Shown: positions 16,426 to 27,906, numbered from the stretch's first letter. The stretch is 64,000 bases of DNA from Candidatus Obscuribacterales bacterium (GCA_965228855.1 CBDDIJ010000002.1:1120001-1184000); one strand, 5' to 3'. The notes: generated by a model not told the origin, from the sequence alone. Numbers and translations: made by a program.

Positions 16426-16611
16426 TTACAACGGATCTCTTCGCCTTGCGGAAAGAAGCAGTTCGATAGCCTCGTTCTCGGTATAACGCTGAGCTCCGAG
16501 TTCCATCTCTGACAACTGCACATCAACTTCATTCACGGTAGAGGCGCCGGTTGCGCATGCCAACACAAGGGAAACCATAATAAGTGACGTCGAAAAAATA
16601 CCGACCTTCAT
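16426..16611 (-). CDS. Possible small exported protein
   Basis: 61 aa, hydrophobic N-terminus with LAC; GGAG upstream; no recognisable family. Confidence 0.3.
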   Translation of the reverse strand: MKVGIFSTSLIMVSLVLACATGASTVNEVDVQLSEMELGAQRYTENEAIELLLSARRRDPL

Positions 16612-16737
16612 GACTGGCGCTCCGAGTTGCCGTACATCATTAGTATCAGTTCAGAGTAAAATCTGCAACTGTATTGCTGTATCTACACTGCGAAACACAG
16701 AGGGCTATCGCGGCTGAAGACAAGTTATGAGGAATCA

Positions 16738-17115
16738 TTGAATATGAAATTCGCGACTCAGTTTTGTTTAGGTTTGATACTAGCGGGTTCCGTTTGCGGA
16801 CCGGCTTTTGCGGAAGGAGCCAAGGTGGATATTAGAGGAAACATTTCGAGTGTTCAGAAAACGAACCCCAACAACCAGGGTGTGTTCGGGACGGTTTTGA
16901 TAGAAGGCAAAATCGAGAAGGACACAGGCTTTGACAAGGCTAGCGTTCGCATCACCAAGAGTACGAAACTGCTGGAGCGAAAAGACGGACGCGAGGTCGC
17001 GATCAAGTTCGAAGATCTGAAAGTTGGTCAAAGAGTGGAAGCGGCATTCGACGGTCCGGTGGCGGAATCTTACCCCGTTCAGACCAATGCGGGTCGGCTG
17101 GTTGTGCTGAAGTAG
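16738..17115 (+). CDS. Secreted small beta-barrel protein (DUF3221/YobA-like)
   Basis: Signal peptide AFA; FEDLKVGQRVEAAFDGPVAESYPVQ. Confidence 0.75.
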   Translation: MNMKFATQFCLGLILAGSVCGPAFAEGAKVDIRGNISSVQKTNPNNQGVFGTVLIEGKIEKDTGFDKASVRITKSTKLLERKDGREVAIKFEDLKVGQRVEAAFDGPVAESYPVQTNAGRLVVLK

Positions 17116-17329
17116 GCGCGATAAGCTCGCCTGCAACTAAGCTGGAGTCCGAGCTGCGTTGAGCAGGGCTCTAGGAACGATTTGGAATTTGAGAACGGGT
17201 GGCTGTCAAGAGTTGCTCGCTAAATGTTTTAACACGAATTTCCTGCTAGTCTGTCTGGATGCTTTCAAATTGCTGCCGTTTCGAACGTCCAATTTTGAGC
17301 GTACTCGACTGCAGCACAGCTCCTGATGG

Positions 17330-20300
17330 GTGAAAAATTCAATGACTTCTCAAAACTCCAGACTGTATCTTTTGACCAGCCTTGCGTCATCGCTAGTCGC
17401 CGCCTCATTGCCGCTCACAGCGGGTAGCGCGCACGCTGACAACGACCGGTCCGCGATTCGCATTGACAATTTACAGGCTAGAGAAACCTTGCGTATGATG
17501 CGCGTGGAAGCCCATCAACAGCGCATCCAGCAGCGCATCGAGAGTCGCTCTGAGCGCGCAAATGTTTCACATCACCTCGCACTTCCCAATGTTAGCGGTG
17601 TGCTTCATGAGCGACATCAGGGCAGAACGACACGCCTTGAGCATGCCGACAATCTGCGATTACAACGCCATTCGAATCCTGTCACGAGAAACACTGCAGT
17701 TTTGTTTCCGGGTCAGGTGTCGACATTTCATACGCAGCGACCGCTCGGTACTGGAAGTACTTTCATCAACGACGCAGGCAAAAGCCGGCAATTGACGCGA
17801 GGTCTTTCACTCGACCTTTCGTCCACCAATGAAAACATAACCGTCGGCGAAGGATTGTTTGATGGCACCATAACTATCACTGTCGGTGGCGCGGATAAAA
17901 CCATTGCAGCCGGCAGCAAGGTAACCGCAGCTGAATATGCGGCTTTGACTCAAAAACTATCTACCGGTACCCAAACACTTTTGCTTGGTACTAATGGTGC
18001 TGCCGATGGTGGTAGCCTCAACCTCAATTCGGTGAGCGACGGCGGTTCAACAATTCGCGCTTCGGGACTGGTGGTCCCTGCTAACGTGACAGTGACCGGG
18101 GATTTCGCAAGATCCGCCGATGGTTTGCGCGTCACCAAAGATGTTGTGAACTTCGGCTCGATTGTGGCAACCTCCTCAGACGAGAAAACCAACACCGCGA
18201 TTATCTCCGCCCGAGATGTCGACAACGGGCTGGGCGCGTCAATCTCGTCGCAATCCAGTGCCACAAATCCGACTCTCAACCTGGCAGTCCGAGCTGATCG
18301 CGATCTAAACAATGATGGTTCAATCACAAGCGCCGGAAGTTTGGAAATCTCAGCAGGCAGATTGATCAATAACACGGGACTTCTGAGCGCCACTGCAGGT
18401 GATATCACCTTCTCGACCCCGGACAACACGATTCTGAGCATAAACAGTTCCGGCGGAACCGTAAGTGCGCTCAACGGCGCAATCAACATTCGTGGCGCTG
18501 ACTACACTGGAAATTCGGACAGCAACGTCTTCGGTGGCAACTTCTATTCGCGTGATTTGAACATCAACGCGGGGCAAGCGACCGCAAACTTGAAGGTTGG
18601 CGAAGTTACAGGTAAAGTGAATTCCACCGGTCTCGCCGCTCATGTCAGCACTGATACCGATACACTCGTAATCGGAACGCAATGTCTAACAGGTGACCCG
18701 ACTTATTACAACACTGGGGACATCGTCCTGGGCGGAGACATATCCGTTGGTGAGGACCTGGCGATCATTGCCGGGGGCGATATCACCACCAACCAAACAA
18801 CGCTGAATATCAGTACGACCGATCTCCTCGGCTTAGCTCACAATATCTACATTGTCGCTGGCGCCAATATCACCGCCGGAGCGGGACCGACTCCCAATCC
18901 GCTGCCGGGGCAACCGTTCGGCTCTCCCACCGGTAACGCTACGTCGCCTGTCACCATATCCGGTGGCGATGTGGACGGTGGAAGCATTGATCTAACCGGC
19001 GCCACCGGAGGAGTATCCATTTCCGCGATTGCGACCAACGCTGGCTCTGCAGGCGGCAACGTTGTGATTGCTGCATTCAATGGCGGCGGCACCGGTGGTC
19101 AGGTGTCACTGCCCACTAACTCAAGTGTCAATTCGTCCGGCGCCGGCAGTGGCAACAATGGCAATATCACAGTGGTAGCCGGTTCGCAGACTGGCACCGG
19201 GATTCAACTTGGTGCAATAAACGCTCATGACGGCTCAGGCATCAACGCCAATACCGGCGTTGTCTCTATCGTGAACGCTCAACCGACCTCTAGCGATGGG
19301 CTACCGATCACATTTGGCACCAATGGCAGCATCACTAGCGGAAACAGCATCACGGGCTCGTCCACTCTTACCGGTGGTAATACCATTTTAGGACAAATCG
19401 ACGCGAGGGAAGCGAGAATATCTGCGGGTAACAGTCTTAGTGTCTCCCAAATCACTGCTTCCTCGACTTCGTTAACAGCACTGGGACCGATTTCGTTGAC
19501 CGGCAATTTAGACGCCATTCAATCGCTCATCGTAGTCTCTTCGAAAGGAATTTCAACGGGCTCTATAACAATCGATACCAGCAACCTCGTGTCCGGTCCC
19601 GCGGGAAATATCGTTATGGCCGCAGGCGCGACTTTCACGGAGACCGCGACCGGAGTAACAATCACTGGCGCTTCGAGTTTTGCTAGTGAGCTCGATTTGA
19701 ACAACGTCACATCAATTGATTCGAGAAGCACCACGAGCTCCGGCGGCAGCTTGACGTTGCTTGCATTTGAAAACGGTGGCGGTGGTCACGTTGCATATTC
19801 GGGCGCGGCGGTGTCGACAGCGGGAGGAGGAACTGGCGGTAGTGTCACCATAATTGGCGGCGCCAATTCCGGTAACTCAGTGGCGTTCAATGCAGCTTTG
19901 ACTACATCGAGTTCAGTTGCAGGAGCGGGAGCGGTAACCCTGCTTTCGGCGACACCGCAGTCCGCTGGACCAATTTCGAAGACGACGGGTTTGTATAGCG
20001 GCACGTTCGCCGACGAGAGTGCCCTCACAGGTGGTGCTATCCAGGCGCTGGATATTTCGACCAACGCGAATATCGTCGTTAAGACCAACGGCGATTTGCA
20101 GACGCAAAATCTGAATTCAAATATTGGTGGGGGTCAGGCCAATGCTGGAAACATCAATCTAGTTTCTGGTGTCGCCAGCGACTTTTCCGTTTCCAACATT
20201 TCTGCCAATGGAAGTGGTACCGGTAATGGGGGCTCCGTTAACATTTCCGCGGGAAGCGGAGCTTCTTTCGGATTGGGTAACATTTCCGCAAATAGCGGTA

Positions 20301-23300
20301 GCACAGGCGTTGGTGGAACCGCAGGAAACATATTCATCTCTGCAAACAGAAGTACTGCGTTGACCTTTCCGAGTTCAGTTACCGCACAGGGGCTAGGGAC
20401 GAGTGGCTCCGGTGGGTTTGTCTCTCTGCAAAACACCGGATCTGGTGGGATTAGCTTAAACTCGAGTGCTGTAAACTTTCACGGCAATGGCAATAGTGGA
20501 AGTGTCATAGTCAATGCTGGGACCGGAGCAATCACAAATCTTGGCGGCATCAATTTCAATGCGCAAGCTGGTTCTGCGGGCTTCAGCGACGGCTCGATCA
20601 GCTTATCCGGTTCTACTATCACGGTGACAGGCGGAAACCTGATTCTAGATGCGTCAGGACACACAAATGGTTTCATCCAGGTAGCGACCAGCACCGGCAA
20701 TGTTTCGGTGGGTGGAGTATTCTCCGCCCTCTCAAGCGATATCGTTGACCTTCAACTCAACAACCACTCTCTGACCGTTGGCGGTGCCATCGCAGGCTCA
20801 ATAACCGTAACGGCTGGTAACTTGATTAATGTTGCAGGGACTCTCAGCTCGAAGCCTACAGGCACCAATGCCGGTGGCGGAGATATTTTCCTCACTTCCG
20901 GCGATCAAGTATCGGTGAACAATATCGTAGCGGATGGAGATGGTAGCGGTACTGGTGGCACAGTCGACATAACCTCCGGCGCCTCGGGAATGACGATTAA
21001 TACAATCTCTTCCAACAGCACGGGTACAAGGGGAACGGTGCATCTCACGGCCAACGATGGCGATATCGAAATATTCTCAGGAGTTACGTCCGACGTTCTG
21101 ACTGTCGCCTTGAACGGTACCACTGGCGGTACTGCCACAATCGGCAGTAGCAACGTCCTCAGACTCGGCGCCTCGGGTACTGGTGAGTTAGTTTTCAGCA
21201 ATGGCAACAATGCGTTAAGCATCGCCTCGCCCGGAATCAGCGGGACCATGAACGTTTCGTTGACCACCAACAGTCCCGCTGGAATTACGAATGACAACTC
21301 AATAAACATCACTGGCACAGTTTCGATGTTTACTTCAAAGTTGACGAACACCGGAAGCATTTCGGCTGATTCAATCCTCGTTCAAAGTGTTGGTGATTTG
21401 ACAATCGACGGCGGCGCTGGTTCGCCTGGAACAATGACCGGCACCGTACCATCTGCCGGCTCTCCAGGTAACCCAAGCTCTCCGGCGGCGATTCAATTTA
21501 TCACCGGCACTGGTGCCAATCTGAATCTGCAAAACAAGATAACCTTTACCGGAGACGTTCTGCTGAGCAATACCGGTGGCACGACCACATCTGCCAATAA
21601 CTCGCTGTTTACCGGAACAAACAACATCTCTCTCGACACGCTTTTCTACAATCAAACCGGCAATGGAACGATCGTCGCCAACGCCTTTATCTTCTCCGGA
21701 ATTTCCATCATTAACACGAGCGGCGATGTGACACTTCTTAGCGATGCTGTTTTCACCGGACGCGATTTGGTTATAGCCGCTAGCGGCAATGTCAATCTGG
21801 GCAATTTTTCGATAAACACATCCAGTAATTCCGGTAACGGCGGAGACGTTGCAATAATCGCCGGCTTCACAATTACTCCGGCATTGGCTGGAGGGCAGCA
21901 GTTCTCGCAAGGTGACTTCTTTGTCGATACGCCATCAGGAAGCGGTGTTGGCAACATTACGATCACAGGCGGCGGCAACATCAACACCAGCGCTACCGGC
22001 GCAAGCGGCGATGCGGGGAGCGTCCTTGTCGTCGCACGAGGCTCGATTGATCTCAAGGACATTACAGCAACATCCAATGCTGGAAGCGGCAGCGCAGTTA
22101 CAATCATTGGACAGGGGGTCACTACTGGTAGTATCGACTCGAGAGGCGCTACCGGAGACGGTGCCGTATTGATCGACTCCTCGACACCAGTACCTGCCAA
22201 TTCGACTCCGGTAGAATTCAATGCAGGTGCCATCGTCGACGGCTCCTTCGTGCCAAGCTTCGCCAATCGTGGTGACATTAGCGTTGCGAGCATTTCAGCC
22301 GACCAGGCGAGCATCAGTTTAAACACAGCCGCTCATGCAACTACGGTTTCCGGCACTTTAAGTGCGCATGCGATTTCGTTGAGTTCAGGCACTATTACAT
22401 TCACAAATACCGATACCCTTGCCGCTCTTACTGACGCGTCCGGAAATGGTGGCTCTGTTGGCGTGTTCGTTGACAGTTCCGTCATCGTAAATGGACCAAC
22501 CTTCAAAGTTCAGGCAAATGGAACTGGCACCGGTGATGGTGGCACTATCAACTACTACAACAAATCGGCATTTGTTATCAGTGACTCGGGCGATGTTCAA
22601 TTTGCCGCAAGCGCCCCAGGAGCGGGTGGCAGTCTCTTTGTCACCTCGGAATCGGATATAACGGTTGGCAGTAACGGAATAGTTCTCCTGGGTAGTAACG
22701 GGAATGGTTCAAATATTCAGCTAGAAGCCAGCCCATTCAGTGCGCCTGGAAATCTGATTATTACCGATACTAACTTCCTCGCTGCTGCAGATGCGCACGG
22801 AGCTCAGGGAGACGGTGGCTCGATTTATCTGGGTGGTCGGACGATAACATCCCCGAACAGCTTCTCGTCGCCGCTCCAACTGTCCGCTAATGGCGTTGGT
22901 ACCGGAAATGGTGGGTCCATAACCTATAACGTCCTCAACGATCTAACGCCGCTATACATCGGCGCGCCATCGAAACAGCCGAAGTCCGGAAACTTCCTTG
23001 CAATCAGCGCTGAGAGCGGAATAAACGGTGGAGATGGCGGCGACGTTCAGGTTGTGACCGGCGGAAGTTTGTACGTAGACACTTCGGCTATGACCATCGC
23101 TCCGCGCTCGAGTGTCGGTAACTGGGACGGCTCCAATATCAATCTACAAGCCGGCTTCACGGTGGCGCCGAAGGATGGATCTTTGAGAATCCTCGGCGAT
23201 ATCAGTACAAGCGGCGTAAATAATGGCGACGCTGGTTTCCTCAATTTGACTTCAAACAGCAAAAAAGCGTTCGAAATTGGAACATCCAAATTGCCCAAGA

Positions 23301-24931
23301 ACGGGATTCAAGGAACGATCTCGGCTAACTACATAGCAAATAGCGCTTTCGTCAGCATCACCAACAACGGCGGTAGTATTGCCTTTGACCGAAGCGATGC
23401 GCTCAATACCAACTATGCGATCATCGACGTCAATGGCAAAGGCACAATCACCGCAGGCAAAGGCGTCACGGTGACCGTGGCTCGGCTCGAACTCGTTTCC
23501 GAGAACGGAAATATCGGAAAGAAACCCCTCATGGTGGACTCGTCAGAGCTTACATTGAATAGTTCAGGAGCCTCGATAAATGTTATGGACGTTCACAGCG
23601 GCAACGTCACGCTACAAAACGCTCACGCTGCCGGAGATTTCACGCTAAACACCGCGAACGGTTTGCGCGTAACGCAGGACATTGATACTGATGCCGGCGA
23701 CATTAGTCTCACGACAAACAACAATGCGATTGAAATCGAAACTCAGACAATTACGGCGAATAACGGTTCGCTAACGCTTGCAGCTTTGAGCACCACTAAT
23801 GGTTCCATCGACATCGCTGGTGGTTCTGTGATCGAGACTCAAGGTAAGGGCGGACAGGTTGTAATCGCAATCGGTGCACCTCCGAAAAAGGGCGTCGGGC
23901 CGAATACATTAGCGGGTTTCACGGTGACTCCGACGGGCAAAGGTAACGCGTACTTCGGTCTCGACACGAGCAACATCATCAGTGGTGGAACTGTTGATGT
24001 TCTCGCGACTAACAAGAACGTTGTTTTCAGCAATCTAACCACAACCGGCGGACAAATTACGATTGGCGATGCAACAACCATCGAGGCGGACCCGCCGTCA
24101 AAAATCATGACAGCGCCCATAACTGCCACCTTGAACTTGTTGCCTCAAGACAACGTTGCTTCAACTTTGAGTTTGCCGGTGGCTTCTACACCGGAGGTCG
24201 CTCTCGGTCACCCTCAAATTGAAACAAATAACGTCAACATGCTCACCGCGATCATCGGCACCATCGGCGGTTTTATGGAAACTAGCGCTGCTGGCCAAAC
24301 GAACGGCGCTATACTCAACGGTGGAATAGCAGTTCAAGATGGAACCGCTGGGATGGGGTCTCCTCTAACTGTGAACGCTAGAGTTGTCGCCAACTCAAGT
24401 GATTTGACCGGCTCCGAGTTGAGTGAAAACATCCTGTTCGCACCCACCTCAGACGTTTCAATTGAAACCGGATACGGTGCCCTTACCGTTTCCGCCGGCT
24501 CGGTTGTGATTATGGCGAAGACGAGACATGGTGTTGCGGTTTACGATTTGCATGACCATGGACGAAACAGCGTGGTTGTTCACACAGCAGGTAAGCGCAT
24601 CAGTCTATCGCCAGGAAGGCATCTGACCATCGACAGTCGCGTCACGCACAATTTCGCAAGCGTAAACGCCCTCGAACTTGTTCAGCACCGTGGACTCGAG
24701 CAAACAAAGCTACAAAATGGATGGAATGTTTTCGCTTCGGAGTTTTCGCTTCCATCAGCATGCTATGCCGTAAAACCGCTGAGTGAACTGATGAATTCTA
24801 CTGACGCAAACGGTCTCAAACTTGCGAAGAAGATTATCAAAACGACTGCTGTTTTGATGATGCTAAATCCGGACAGAGGGGATTTCGTTCAACACTTCAA
24901 CCCAAGCGTAACGGCGATGCAAACCAGATAG
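17330..24931 (+). CDS. Giant secreted Gly/Asn/Thr-rich beta-solenoid (haemagglutinin-like) protein with a distinct C-terminal globular domain
   Basis: 2533 aa; Sec signal ending AHA; recurring GNGGxV/I turns; compositionally different last ~200 aa. Confidence 0.8.
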   Translation: MKNSMTSQNSRLYLLTSLASSLVAASLPLTAGSAHADNDRSAIRIDNLQARETLRMMRVEAHQQRIQQRIESRSERANVSHHLALPNVSGVLHERHQGRTTRLEHADNLRLQRHSNPVTRNTAVLFPGQVSTFHTQRPLGTGSTFINDAGKSRQLTRGLSLDLSSTNENITVGEGLFDGTITITVGGADKTIAAGSKVTAAEYAALTQKLSTGTQTLLLGTNGAADGGSLNLNSVSDGGSTIRASGLVVPANVTVTGDFARSADGLRVTKDVVNFGSIVATSSDEKTNTAIISARDVDNGLGASISSQSSATNPTLNLAVRADRDLNNDGSITSAGSLEISAGRLINNTGLLSATAGDITFSTPDNTILSINSSGGTVSALNGAINIRGADYTGNSDSNVFGGNFYSRDLNINAGQATANLKVGEVTGKVNSTGLAAHVSTDTDTLVIGTQCLTGDPTYYNTGDIVLGGDISVGEDLAIIAGGDITTNQTTLNISTTDLLGLAHNIYIVAGANITAGAGPTPNPLPGQPFGSPTGNATSPVTISGGDVDGGSIDLTGATGGVSISAIATNAGSAGGNVVIAAFNGGGTGGQVSLPTNSSVNSSGAGSGNNGNITVVAGSQTGTGIQLGAINAHDGSGINANTGVVSIVNAQPTSSDGLPITFGTNGSITSGNSITGSSTLTGGNTILGQIDAREARISAGNSLSVSQITASSTSLTALGPISLTGNLDAIQSLIVVSSKGISTGSITIDTSNLVSGPAGNIVMAAGATFTETATGVTITGASSFASELDLNNVTSIDSRSTTSSGGSLTLLAFENGGGGHVAYSGAAVSTAGGGTGGSVTIIGGANSGNSVAFNAALTTSSSVAGAGAVTLLSATPQSAGPISKTTGLYSGTFADESALTGGAIQALDISTNANIVVKTNGDLQTQNLNSNIGGGQANAGNINLVSGVASDFSVSNISANGSGTGNGGSVNISAGSGASFGLGNISANSGSTGVGGTAGNIFISANRSTALTFPSSVTAQGLGTSGSGGFVSLQNTGSGGISLNSSAVNFHGNGNSGSVIVNAGTGAITNLGGINFNAQAGSAGFSDGSISLSGSTITVTGGNLILDASGHTNGFIQVATSTGNVSVGGVFSALSSDIVDLQLNNHSLTVGGAIAGSITVTAGNLINVAGTLSSKPTGTNAGGGDIFLTSGDQVSVNNIVADGDGSGTGGTVDITSGASGMTINTISSNSTGTRGTVHLTANDGDIEIFSGVTSDVLTVALNGTTGGTATIGSSNVLRLGASGTGELVFSNGNNALSIASPGISGTMNVSLTTNSPAGITNDNSINITGTVSMFTSKLTNTGSISADSILVQSVGDLTIDGGAGSPGTMTGTVPSAGSPGNPSSPAAIQFITGTGANLNLQNKITFTGDVLLSNTGGTTTSANNSLFTGTNNISLDTLFYNQTGNGTIVANAFIFSGISIINTSGDVTLLSDAVFTGRDLVIAASGNVNLGNFSINTSSNSGNGGDVAIIAGFTITPALAGGQQFSQGDFFVDTPSGSGVGNITITGGGNINTSATGASGDAGSVLVVARGSIDLKDITATSNAGSGSAVTIIGQGVTTGSIDSRGATGDGAVLIDSSTPVPANSTPVEFNAGAIVDGSFVPSFANRGDISVASISADQASISLNTAAHATTVSGTLSAHAISLSSGTITFTNTDTLAALTDASGNGGSVGVFVDSSVIVNGPTFKVQANGTGTGDGGTINYYNKSAFVISDSGDVQFAASAPGAGGSLFVTSESDITVGSNGIVLLGSNGNGSNIQLEASPFSAPGNLIITDTNFLAAADAHGAQGDGGSIYLGGRTITSPNSFSSPLQLSANGVGTGNGGSITYNVLNDLTPLYIGAPSKQPKSGNFLAISAESGINGGDGGDVQVVTGGSLYVDTSAMTIAPRSSVGNWDGSNINLQAGFTVAPKDGSLRILGDISTSGVNNGDAGFLNLTSNSKKAFEIGTSKLPKNGIQGTISANYIANSAFVSITNNGGSIAFDRSDALNTNYAIIDVNGKGTITAGKGVTVTVARLELVSENGNIGKKPLMVDSSELTLNSSGASINVMDVHSGNVTLQNAHAAGDFTLNTANGLRVTQDIDTDAGDISLTTNNNAIEIETQTITANNGSLTLAALSTTNGSIDIAGGSVIETQGKGGQVVIAIGAPPKKGVGPNTLAGFTVTPTGKGNAYFGLDTSNIISGGTVDVLATNKNVVFSNLTTTGGQITIGDATTIEADPPSKIMTAPITATLNLLPQDNVASTLSLPVASTPEVALGHPQIETNNVNMLTAIIGTIGGFMETSAAGQTNGAILNGGIAVQDGTAGMGSPLTVNARVVANSSDLTGSELSENILFAPTSDVSIETGYGALTVSAGSVVIMAKTRHGVAVYDLHDHGRNSVVVHTAGKRISLSPGRHLTIDSRVTHNFASVNALELVQHRGLEQTKLQNGWNVFASEFSLPSACYAVKPLSELMNSTDANGLKLAKKIIKTTAVLMMLNPDRGDFVQHFNPSVTAMQTR

Positions 24932-24979
24932 CGCGCTTGTTAGAATTAAGAGATGGGACGGTACGCGTAGCGTGAGGAT

Positions 24980-25561
24980 ATGGAGCCTGTAAAAGTTGCT
25001 GCCGGCAAAATTTATACTGTCGGGCACTCAAATCACAGTACTGAAAGGTTTTTAGACCTTCTAGCCGAGCATGGAATCGATGTGCTGGTTGATGTGCGTT
25101 CAGCTCCGTATACGAAATACTCGGTGCATTTTAATCGCGAATTTCTGGAACGTTCGATTAAAACCGCCGGTCTGAAGTACCTTTTCTTTGGCAATGAGTT
25201 GGGTGGGATGCCCAAGAATTCAGCGTTTTACGATGAAGACGGATACGTGCTTTATTGGAAAATCGCGGAGTCGAAACCGTTTATTGAAACAATCGAAAGA
25301 TTGAAAAAGGGCGCTTCACTATATACAGTGGCATTGATGTGCGGTGAGGAGAATCCAACGCATTGCCACCGGCGGTTGTTGATCGGGCGTGTCCTGGAAG
25401 AGAGCGGTATCGAGGTTCTGCATATCAGGGCGAATGGCTCGATAGAGACCGAGAAAGAAATTACGGAAAAAGACGAACCCAAAGCGATTCAGATGACATT
25501 CTTTTCCGAACCGGTGGAGGAAACCCCCTGGCGTTCTTCCCACGCAGTTCGACGGGATTGA
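24980..25561 (+). CDS. DUF488 family protein
   Basis: IYTVGHSNH, LVDVRSAP, LGG, LMCGEE...CHRRLL. Confidence 0.9.
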   Translation: MEPVKVAAGKIYTVGHSNHSTERFLDLLAEHGIDVLVDVRSAPYTKYSVHFNREFLERSIKTAGLKYLFFGNELGGMPKNSAFYDEDGYVLYWKIAESKPFIETIERLKKGASLYTVALMCGEENPTHCHRRLLIGRVLEESGIEVLHIRANGSIETEKEITEKDEPKAIQMTFFSEPVEETPWRSSHAVRRD

Positions 25562-25788
25562 GCGTCGAGGTGCGTGGGGAAGCCCTCGAATCAGGACCTC
25601 TTATGGTTTCGAGTCTTCTGCACTGTCCTTAACCCCAGTTTTTGTTCGGTATGAATGAGCTGGATTCGGATCGATCTTTGAGGAATGCTTAATTAAACGA
25701 CTGGATGTCAAGCGGTCGCATACAATCGTGCAATCGATGATTCAAGAAACATCGAACGTTGCTATAAAAGTCCGGAGGTCGGCGCGAT

Positions 25789-26574
25789 ATGAGTGGATTA
25801 TCCAATTATTCTTTGATGATGGATGTGATTTCCCGGCTGGCAGCGGAGGACGAAGCTGCGTCTAAGGTCGGCATGACGCCTGCATTTGCGCCCGTCCCTG
25901 CGCACCCCTTTGCGGAAAAACTGCCTCGTCGCGAGTCAGATCTTTGCGCCAAGTCCAACGAACTGAGCTTCGCTCCACCGCCCAGCACTGCCCATGCCGT
26001 CAGCCTGTCGACTGATGACGCTAGCGTGCAGGTGAAGTTGTTTGACATGGGAATGAATAGACGACCCGCGAGGACCGCGCGCACAACACTGGTTTCAACA
26101 CCCAGTCTTGTTGATACCACGATGCAAGAGCGAAGAGTTGCACAGATCGATCAGGTCATGCGCGATCTTGAAAGCACGCCTGGGTTCTGGAATAACGCGG
26201 AATTGCTGCTGCAAGACTCTTGGCTAAACGGATATCGCGGAACCTTTTTCGAACAGAAAGAAGATTTCGGCGGTGCTTCAGAGTGCTATCAGCGAGCCCT
26301 CAAGCTATACGCCCTGGCACTGAGGGCAGATCGTCTAACGGCAAAATCGAGTCCGCATATCGTCTCCTACTATTTCCTTTTGAAGAGATACGCCAGTGTT
26401 CTTTGTGATTCGCGCTTGCCGCAAGAGCTCGTCGATATGCGGATAGTTAGCCGGATTCACCAGCAATTGGAAATCATTCGAGCCGAACGTGAGAAGTGGG
26501 GAATGAAGAATATCGAGCTTGAAGATGAGCCGTTTATCTATGCCGATACGATAATGAAAGTGCTCAGTCTCTAG
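25789..26574 (+). CDS. Hypothetical protein with helical, TPR-like C-terminal half
   Basis: 261-aa ORF with GGAGG upstream; ASECYQRALKLY. Confidence 0.7.
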   Translation: MSGLSNYSLMMDVISRLAAEDEAASKVGMTPAFAPVPAHPFAEKLPRRESDLCAKSNELSFAPPPSTAHAVSLSTDDASVQVKLFDMGMNRRPARTARTTLVSTPSLVDTTMQERRVAQIDQVMRDLESTPGFWNNAELLLQDSWLNGYRGTFFEQKEDFGGASECYQRALKLYALALRADRLTAKSSPHIVSYYFLLKRYASVLCDSRLPQELVDMRIVSRIHQQLEIIRAEREKWGMKNIELEDEPFIYADTIMKVLSL

Positions 26575-26647
26575 TTTCGCACGCAAAGGTTTGACAGGTA
26601 AGGGTAACGAGGTTCGCGAAAGCGACCTCGTTTTACAAGTCATCAAT

Positions 26648-27751
26648 TTACTGGTGCGCAGGTTTGATTGGTGGTGCTACAGGTGGTGCGCCATCCGCCG
26701 GTGGAGCGCCGATTGACGGCGCACTATTTGTGGTTTTCGGCGAGGACGCAGGCGCGTTTCGCTTCTGAACCGCGATCGCCGCTTTAATCATTGCCGGACC
26801 GTCGTCCATGAGAGTGATGCCTGTTTTGCCCGGTGCGAATTTCAGCGCTTCGTTCAATTGTTCGAGCCGTTTCGTCAAGTGCATTGCCGGTGTCGTAGTT
26901 CCAAACACCTGCACCTCGCACCAGGCTACTTTGGTCAGGAACTTCGCGCTGTCCGGCGGCGGGTCTTTCTGGTAAATGGCCGGATCTTCCGGAGGCGGCG
27001 CGGGTTGTTGCGATTGTTGATTTGCCGGATCGTCCGGCGGAAGGTCCGCCCGATTGCGAACTCTGACACCACCAAATCCAGGAACACCAAAGCCGGCAAG
27101 ATTCAACAATCCTGTGCCCACCATTGTTCCGTACTTGCGCAGGTTGTTGGTACCGCCACTGGTGCCACCTCCGCCGCTACCACCCCCGCCACTTCCGTCG
27201 TCGACGTTCTCGCCGCTCATCCCCATCGCTTTGTATGTTTGTTCCTGCTGTTCTTCCAGCTTTTGCGCCGGTTTGATGTGCAACTTCTTTTCTGCGTAAC
27301 TGTCAAGCGCATCTGTTCGAGCGCTTAAGTCAGGATTCTTGGAAGCGGCTCCGAACGCCGCTGTTTCAAGCCGGCTCAAGCGCGCTTCGATTGTGTCGTT
27401 GAGATAGGTCTTATGCAGAATTGCGTTTTCCAGTTCCGTAATATGCGGATAGTCGCCGCGGTCCGCCTGCGCCTGGTCGGGGTCGACATCATCCTGCGAG
27501 TAATCCTGTCCCTGATCCGCGTTCTGATCTTGCGAACTGTTTTGCGTCTGCGAATTGTCAGTCGATTGCGGATAGTCCGGCGCTTGATTGCGGTAGTCGT
27601 TGTGTTCGACGCCGGCGCTTTTGTCGACAGTGGTTGCGTCGGCTTGTGGTCCGGAGAACAAGTCGGTATCCGCCGTCGCCGCGGGCGGGTGGAATGACTG
27701 ATGAAGGAGACCGACGCTGAGACCGAGAACCAACCAATTGAGTTTTCGCAT
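26648..27751 (-). CDS. Exported hypothetical protein with low-complexity linkers
   Basis: Signal peptide; two helical RLxxLE..FG-type units; Gln/Asp-, Gly- and Pro-rich linkers. Confidence 0.75.
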   Translation of the reverse strand: MRKLNWLVLGLSVGLLHQSFHPPAATADTDLFSGPQADATTVDKSAGVEHNDYRNQAPDYPQSTDNSQTQNSSQDQNADQGQDYSQDDVDPDQAQADRGDYPHITELENAILHKTYLNDTIEARLSRLETAAFGAASKNPDLSARTDALDSYAEKKLHIKPAQKLEEQQEQTYKAMGMSGENVDDGSGGGGSGGGGTSGGTNNLRKYGTMVGTGLLNLAGFGVPGFGGVRVRNRADLPPDDPANQQSQQPAPPPEDPAIYQKDPPPDSAKFLTKVAWCEVQVFGTTTPAMHLTKRLEQLNEALKFAPGKTGITLMDDGPAMIKAAIAVQKRNAPASSPKTTNSAPSIGAPPADGAPPVAPPIKPAHQ

Positions 27752-27906
27752 ATTCGCCTGCAGACCGTGTTATCGCGCGTGAGGCATCTATTTTAGACCA
27801 TCAGAGGTTGGATTAAAGGTGTCGGTTATGTATCATATGTCTTACAAATATAGGCGAATCGCCTGGCGTCTTTGGCATTTTTCAATAGCATTCAACGGTT
27901 TCGGGC

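Noticed and set aside
17330..24931. CdiA/contact-dependent inhibition toxin or autotransporter
   Set aside because: No TPS motif, no VENN-type pre-toxin motif, no cdiB or cdiI neighbour and no C-terminal barrel signature seen.
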